A stretch of DNA of 10,388 nucleotides, from the NCBI GenBank assembly GCA_037444665.1, contig JBBILZ010000069.1, positions 1 through 10,388 on the forward strand. Direction: 5' to 3'. This stretch comes from a candidate division WOR-3 bacterium (lineage in GTDB: Bacteria; Hydrothermota; Tepidihabitantia; SM23-42; JAOAFX01). Below, in pieces: positions 6,177-10,388 of the stretch; the stretch's first letter is position 1, and the number at the start of each line of letters is the position of its first letter. The notes under the pieces are model-generated. The model did no database searches. It saw only the letters and a program-made list of their open reading frames with translations, and was not told where the DNA came from. Position numbers and translations under genes: made by a program.

Positions 6177-7352
6177 ATGAGGCGGATTGTTCCTATTGGT
6201 CCTTATCATCCACTGCAGGAAGAGCCTGAGTTTTTTAAATTGATTGTTGAAGGAGAGAAGGTCGTTGACCTTGAAATAAATATTGGTTACAATCACCGCG
6301 GACATGAATACATCGCCCAGACAATGACCTTTGACCAGGTGCCATTTTTAGTGGAGCGTATCTGTGGAATTTGTTCAGATTCCCATCCATATGCCTATGT
6401 CCTTGCTGTTGAGGATATCTTAAAGATAAAACCACCAGAGCGAGCACAGTATATCAGAACAATAATTGGTGAACTGGAGAGGATCCATTCCCATTATCTC
6501 TGGCTTGGCCTTGCCGGACACTTTATTGGTTATAATACGGTCTGGATGTGGGTATGGCGTTATCGTGAGCCCCTACTTGATCTATTTGAATTGATAATGG
6601 GTAATCGGAACCACTATGCAATCAACAAGATTGGCGGGGCAAGAAGGGATATATTGCCCGAAGACTATCCAAAGATTGAAAAATATCTTGATTTGATAGA
6701 GGAGAAGACCGAGATGTTCACAAAGGCAATCCTTGATGACCCGGTAATTCGGGCAAGGCTTGAAGGTATAGGGGTCCTTCCTAAAGAGGATGCTATTGCT
6801 TATGGAGTCTTAGGGCCAACTGCCCGTGCCTCTGGTGTTGCGATTGATGTGCGTAAGGATGACCCTTATGATGCCTATGATAAGGTTGACTGGAATATTG
6901 TAGTATTTGAAGAGGGCGATGTTCTGGCAAAGGCAAAGGTGAGATTATTAGAATGCTTTGAATCAATAAAGATAGTCAGGCAGTGCCTTAAGAATATGCC
7001 TGAAGGACCAATAGAGGCACGAATAGATGATATTCCTGCGGGCGAAGGAATTGGCAGGCATGAGGCACCAAGGGGTGAGGTCTTCCACTATGTCCGTTCT
7101 GATGGTTCAAATATACCAATAAGGCACAAGATTCGGGCACCAAGTTATATGAACATTGCTTCCAATGTGGTTGCAGTAAAAGGTTATTCAATTGCGGATG
7201 CAGCACTTGTGCTTGCTGCAGTAGACCCCTGTTATTGCTGCACAGAGAGAACAATCGTTTATGAGAATGGAAAGCCTAAATACACAGGTAAGGACCTACT
7301 CACCTTATCCTGTAAAAAGACTGAAGAACTGCGCAGGAGATATAGAAGATGA
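6177..7352 (+). CDS. Group 4 [NiFe]-hydrogenase large catalytic subunit (NuoD/MbhL/HycE-like)
   Basis: 391 aa from ATG 6177 (MRRIVPIGPYHP, GAGG at 6163-6166); the track start at 6090 lies inside the repeat element. L1 motif ERICGICSDSH, EAPRGE, and L2 motif DPCYCCTER followed by a 33-aa tail. Confidence 0.95.
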   Translation: MRRIVPIGPYHPLQEEPEFFKLIVEGEKVVDLEINIGYNHRGHEYIAQTMTFDQVPFLVERICGICSDSHPYAYVLAVEDILKIKPPERAQYIRTIIGELERIHSHYLWLGLAGHFIGYNTVWMWVWRYREPLLDLFELIMGNRNHYAINKIGGARRDILPEDYPKIEKYLDLIEEKTEMFTKAILDDPVIRARLEGIGVLPKEDAIAYGVLGPTARASGVAIDVRKDDPYDAYDKVDWNIVVFEEGDVLAKAKVRLLECFESIKIVRQCLKNMPEGPIEARIDDIPAGEGIGRHEAPRGEVFHYVRSDGSNIPIRHKIRAPSYMNIASNVVAVKGYSIADAALVLAAVDPCYCCTERTIVYENGKPKYTGKDLLTLSCKKTEELRRRYRR

Positions 7353-8557
7353 ATATGGAATTTAATTTTCTATTTGACCGATTTGGAATATTTTTATCCA
7401 TCACATTTATCTTTATTGGGCTAATGTCTTTTATCTATGCCCTTGCTACTATTAAACAAAAAGGGCACAAACTTGAATACTATATAATGCTACTTTTGAT
7501 TGTTCTCTCTGGTGTTGGTGTTGCACTCTCTAACAACATACTGTTTATATATATCTGCTGGGAAATCGCAACATTTGCAGTATGGAGGGCAGTTGTTTTC
7601 TACCGTAATCCTGACCAGGTCTCTTCAGGTAATATTGTCTTTATCACAAATTTTATTTCAGGTGCAATAATGCTCATTGGTATTGGAATTTTGTATCTGG
7701 ATAATAATTCACTGGTAATTTCTCATATTGGACAGTTAAATCTTACTGCAATTATACTGATTACGATCGGAATCTTCACAAAATCGGTTATCCTACCTCT
7801 ACATTTTTGGCTCATTCCTGCGTATTCTTCAATCCCATCAGCAATTGGAGGTTCGCTTGCCGGTATTGCTGAAAATCTCGGTCTTATTTTATTTTACAGA
7901 CTCTTTTCTACAAATGTATATGTGCCTGATGAATTTTTTGCTGTTGTAGCCTGGCTTGCAGTCATCTCCAGTTTGATTGCTGGTGGTGCTGCATACAGGA
8001 CAAATCGTTTGAGATATCTGCTTGCCTATTCAACCATCAGTCAGGTGGGTTTTATTCTGTTAGGTTTTTCTGCCAGAGGACAGTTTGGTAATTCAGGGGC
8101 AATGTTATATATCCTTGCCCATGCTCTGGCAAAATCAGGGCTATTTTATGGAGTGGGCACAATTGAAGATATAACGGGTGAGGCAAATATAAAAAATATT
8201 TCCTGTATGTTAAAGGTTTCTCCTATCTTGACTGTGATGATGGCATTGTTATTCAGCTCTCTCGTTGGCTTTTTCCCGATGATTGGTTTCTTCTCAAAAT
8301 TGATGGTAATCATTGGCGCCCTACAGAAAAATATCTATTTTGGATTCTTTGCAATTGCTTCTGCAATATTTACCCTTTTATACAGTGACCGTTTCTATCA
8401 TGAATTATTCTATGGCGAGAAGTGTGATATTAAGGAAATTAAATCAACAAGAAAGGTGGGTATTGTGGAGATTATTGTGGTGTTCATTCTAATGCTATCT
8501 TCATTATTATTGGGAATATTTTTCTATGAAATCCTGGCATTTATTGGAGGTTTCTGA
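7349..8557 (+). CDS. Proton/cation antiporter-like membrane subunit (MrpD/NuoM-N/HyfF family), short at the N-terminus
   Basis: 402 aa, highly hydrophobic. ICWE, TKSVILPLHFWL, LLAYSTISQVGF, HALAKSGLF and GFFSK. ATGA overlap, with AGGAG upstream. Confidence 0.9.
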   Translation: MNMEFNFLFDRFGIFLSITFIFIGLMSFIYALATIKQKGHKLEYYIMLLLIVLSGVGVALSNNILFIYICWEIATFAVWRAVVFYRNPDQVSSGNIVFITNFISGAIMLIGIGILYLDNNSLVISHIGQLNLTAIILITIGIFTKSVILPLHFWLIPAYSSIPSAIGGSLAGIAENLGLILFYRLFSTNVYVPDEFFAVVAWLAVISSLIAGGAAYRTNRLRYLLAYSTISQVGFILLGFSARGQFGNSGAMLYILAHALAKSGLFYGVGTIEDITGEANIKNISCMLKVSPILTVMMALLFSSLVGFFPMIGFFSKLMVIIGALQKNIYFGFFAIASAIFTLLYSDRFYHELFYGEKCDIKEIKSTRKVGIVEIIVVFILMLSSLLLGIFFYEILAFIGGF

Positions 8558-10388
8558 TGCGTGAAATATATTATGTTCTGTTACTGCCAGTAATGTGTGG
8601 ACTTTTAGGGTTTTTAATAAAGAGATTGCGTAATGAAATGGGCTTTTTAGGTTTTGTTCTTACACTATATTTTTCATTAAGGTTCTTTCTCCTATTCCAG
8701 AATCAGTCATTTTCTTATGATATTGCCAGTATTGCAGGTATTGATTTCAGAATCTATGTGGACAATCTCACAAGATTTATTTTATTATTTAATGCGCTCT
8801 TTGCCTTTCTTATTTTGTTATATTCAGTTGTGGCAATGAGAAAGATGCCAGGTGAATCTGTGTATCAATTGTATCTTGGTTTGACCCTTTCTGGTGCAAA
8901 TGGCGTTGTGCTGAGTGGTAATCTTATTATGCTTTTAATCTTCTGGAATATGTTGGTGTTTTCGCTTTACGGAATTCTTCTTGTAGGTAAAAAAGATAGT
9001 GTTCTTGCAGCAAGAAAGGCATTGACGATTATTGGCGTTTCAGATTTTATAATGATGTTGGGAATTTTGATAATTTATGTGCTAATGGGTGATGCCAATT
9101 TTCCGGTGAGCCAAAAATTGCCCTTGGGCAATGGAATTTACATCGCAGTATATGTTCTCTTGCTTGTTGGTGCCCTTGCCAAGGCAGGAGCAATGCCACT
9201 ACATACCTGGATACCTGAATCTGCAAAGGTCGTGCCCGCATCAACTATGGCTTTTATCCCCGCAAGTCTTGATAAACTATTAGGCATCTATTTTCTGGTG
9301 CGTATCTCTTATTATCTTTTTGATATCAGTCAGTCAATGCCCATTAGAATAACACTTATGGTTATCGGTTCAATTACCATAATCTTTGCGGTGATGATGG
9401 CGCTGGTGCAGAAAGAAGTGATGAGATTGTTGTCTTTCTGCGCAGTATCCCAGGTAGGGTATATGTTTTTAGGCATTGGAACCTGTATTCCAATTGGAGT
9501 AGCAGGTGGGCTGTTCCATATGATTAACCATACAATATATGATGCCTGCCTGTTTTTATCTGCAGGTTCTGTTGAATACCGGACACGGACTACAGAACTT
9601 GATAAACTTGGTGGTCTTGGTGTGAAGATGCCGCTCACAATGTTCTGTTTTATTATTGCTGCATTTGCCATCTCTGGTGTGCCACCATTTAATGGATTTT
9701 ATTCAAAATGGATGATTTACCAGGGTGTGATTGAACTGCATAAACAAACAAATCTCTGGGTAATATTTTTGGTCGCTGCAATGTTCGGCAGTGTTCTGAC
9801 CCTTGCTTCGTTTTTGAAAATGATACACTCTCTGTTTTTAGGTGAAAGACCAAGAGAACTGGACAAGGTTTGTGAAGCACGATTTGGTATGGTGGCGCCG
9901 ACACTAATACTTGCCTTATTGTGTATTATTTTTGGCATATTTGCTGAACAGATTCCCCTTGCGCATTTAATCTATCCATCTTTGCCTTTTCTAAGGGTAG
10001 AAAAGATTGGTTTCTGGTCAGCAGAACTTACTACAATCTTGATGATACTTGGTATTGTCATCGGTTTGATTATCTTCCTGTTGGGCACAGGGCTCAAGCC
10101 CAGGAAGTCAAAGGTTTTTGTCGGTGGTGAAGTTCTTGATGCAGAACAGGCGCGTATCACCGGTCCGAATTTTTATTCTTCAGTCCATAATATTGATATG
10201 CTGGAGAAGACTTATCAATTTGGTGAAGGAGGTGCGTTTGACTTCTACAATTATCTGCGCGGTATATTCGGTGGTTTTTCTGTTATCTTTCGTGATGTAA
10301 TAAATCAATTTTTCGTAATTTTCTATCGCTCATTAGCAGGGGTTATTCAGGCACTGGGCAGGGTATTTTCTGCAATCCATAATGGTGA
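8557..10388 (+). CDS. Antiporter-like membrane subunit (NuoL/MrpA/HyfB family), 3'-truncated by the window and absent from the ORF track
   Basis: Translated by hand: ATG 8557 (TGATG overlap, GGAGG at 8546-8550) stays open for 610 codons to the window end. MREIYYVLLLP..., AKAGAMPLHTWIP, PASLDKLLGIY, SQVGYMFLG, ELDKLGGL, SGVPPFNGFYSKW and a C-terminal ...FSAIHNG. Confidence 0.92.
   Translation, partial: MREIYYVLLLPVMCGLLGFLIKRLRNEMGFLGFVLTLYFSLRFFLLFQNQSFSYDIASIAGIDFRIYVDNLTRFILLFNALFAFLILLYSVVAMRKMPGESVYQLYLGLTLSGANGVVLSGNLIMLLIFWNMLVFSLYGILLVGKKDSVLAARKALTIIGVSDFIMMLGILIIYVLMGDANFPVSQKLPLGNGIYIAVYVLLLVGALAKAGAMPLHTWIPESAKVVPASTMAFIPASLDKLLGIYFLVRISYYLFDISQSMPIRITLMVIGSITIIFAVMMALVQKEVMRLLSFCAVSQVGYMFLGIGTCIPIGVAGGLFHMINHTIYDACLFLSAGSVEYRTRTTELDKLGGLGVKMPLTMFCFIIAAFAISGVPPFNGFYSKWMIYQGVIELHKQTNLWVIFLVAAMFGSVLTLASFLKMIHSLFLGERPRELDKVCEARFGMVAPTLILALLCIIFGIFAEQIPLAHLIYPSLPFLRVEKIGFWSAELTTILMILGIVIGLIIFLLGTGLKPRKSKVFVGGEVLDAEQARITGPNFYSSVHNIDMLEKTYQFGEGGAFDFYNYLRGIFGGFSVIFRDVINQFFVIFYRSLAGVIQALGRVFSAIHNG

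Noticed and set aside
5981..6180. TTATGA at 5981-5986 and 6175-6180 as a target-site duplication
   Set aside because: It is 6 bp in AT-rich DNA and both copies are constrained by start codons. Excision would remove the upstream stop and extend that protein by about 15 aa, so it does not restore a clean junction.
252..10300. Short antisense and alternate-frame ORFs in the track (e.g. 854-1147, 2023-2343, 3635-3940, 9330-9671, 10118-10300)
   Set aside because: They lie within or largely overlap well-supported CDSs and have no recognisable motifs, so they are treated as shadow ORFs.
4026..10388. Annotation as respiratory complex I (nuo) or Mbs/Mbx
   Set aside because: The large subunit keeps both CxxC Ni motifs and the small subunit has CxxC. 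There are no nuoEF or nuoAJK genes in the window.

Overview
AT-rich prokaryotic DNA, probably from an anaerobic bacterium (inference). It carries one tightly coupled + strand operon, 178 to beyond 10388, for a membrane-bound group 4 (energy-converting, Mbh/Ech/Hyf-like) [NiFe]-hydrogenase. The membrane and hydrogenase genes are NuoH-, NuoB-, NuoC- and NuoD-like subunits, with intact Ni-binding motifs in the large subunit, plus two Mrp/NuoL-M-N-type antiporter-like subunits; the second is missing from the ORF track because it runs off the window. The operon opens with an unusual soluble module: an AsrA/HydB-like Fe-S protein, an AsrB/HydG-like FAD/NAD(P)H protein, a shortened molybdopterin-oxidoreductase-fold protein apparently lacking a catalytic ligand motif, and a 4x[4Fe-4S] HycB-like ferredoxin. 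Together these suggest an NAD(P)H-linked, ion-translocating hydrogenase. The only three real intergenic gaps hold short-unit repeat elements. Two belong to one AAATYCG heptamer/inverted-repeat family, one of them with a nested 30-nt double hairpin, and a remnant of this family forms the N-terminus of gene 3. Each gap is spanned by a mini-ORF starting over the upstream stop and ending at or next to the downstream start. The antiporter-like subunits show non-canonical, partly complementary substitutions of conserved charged residues.
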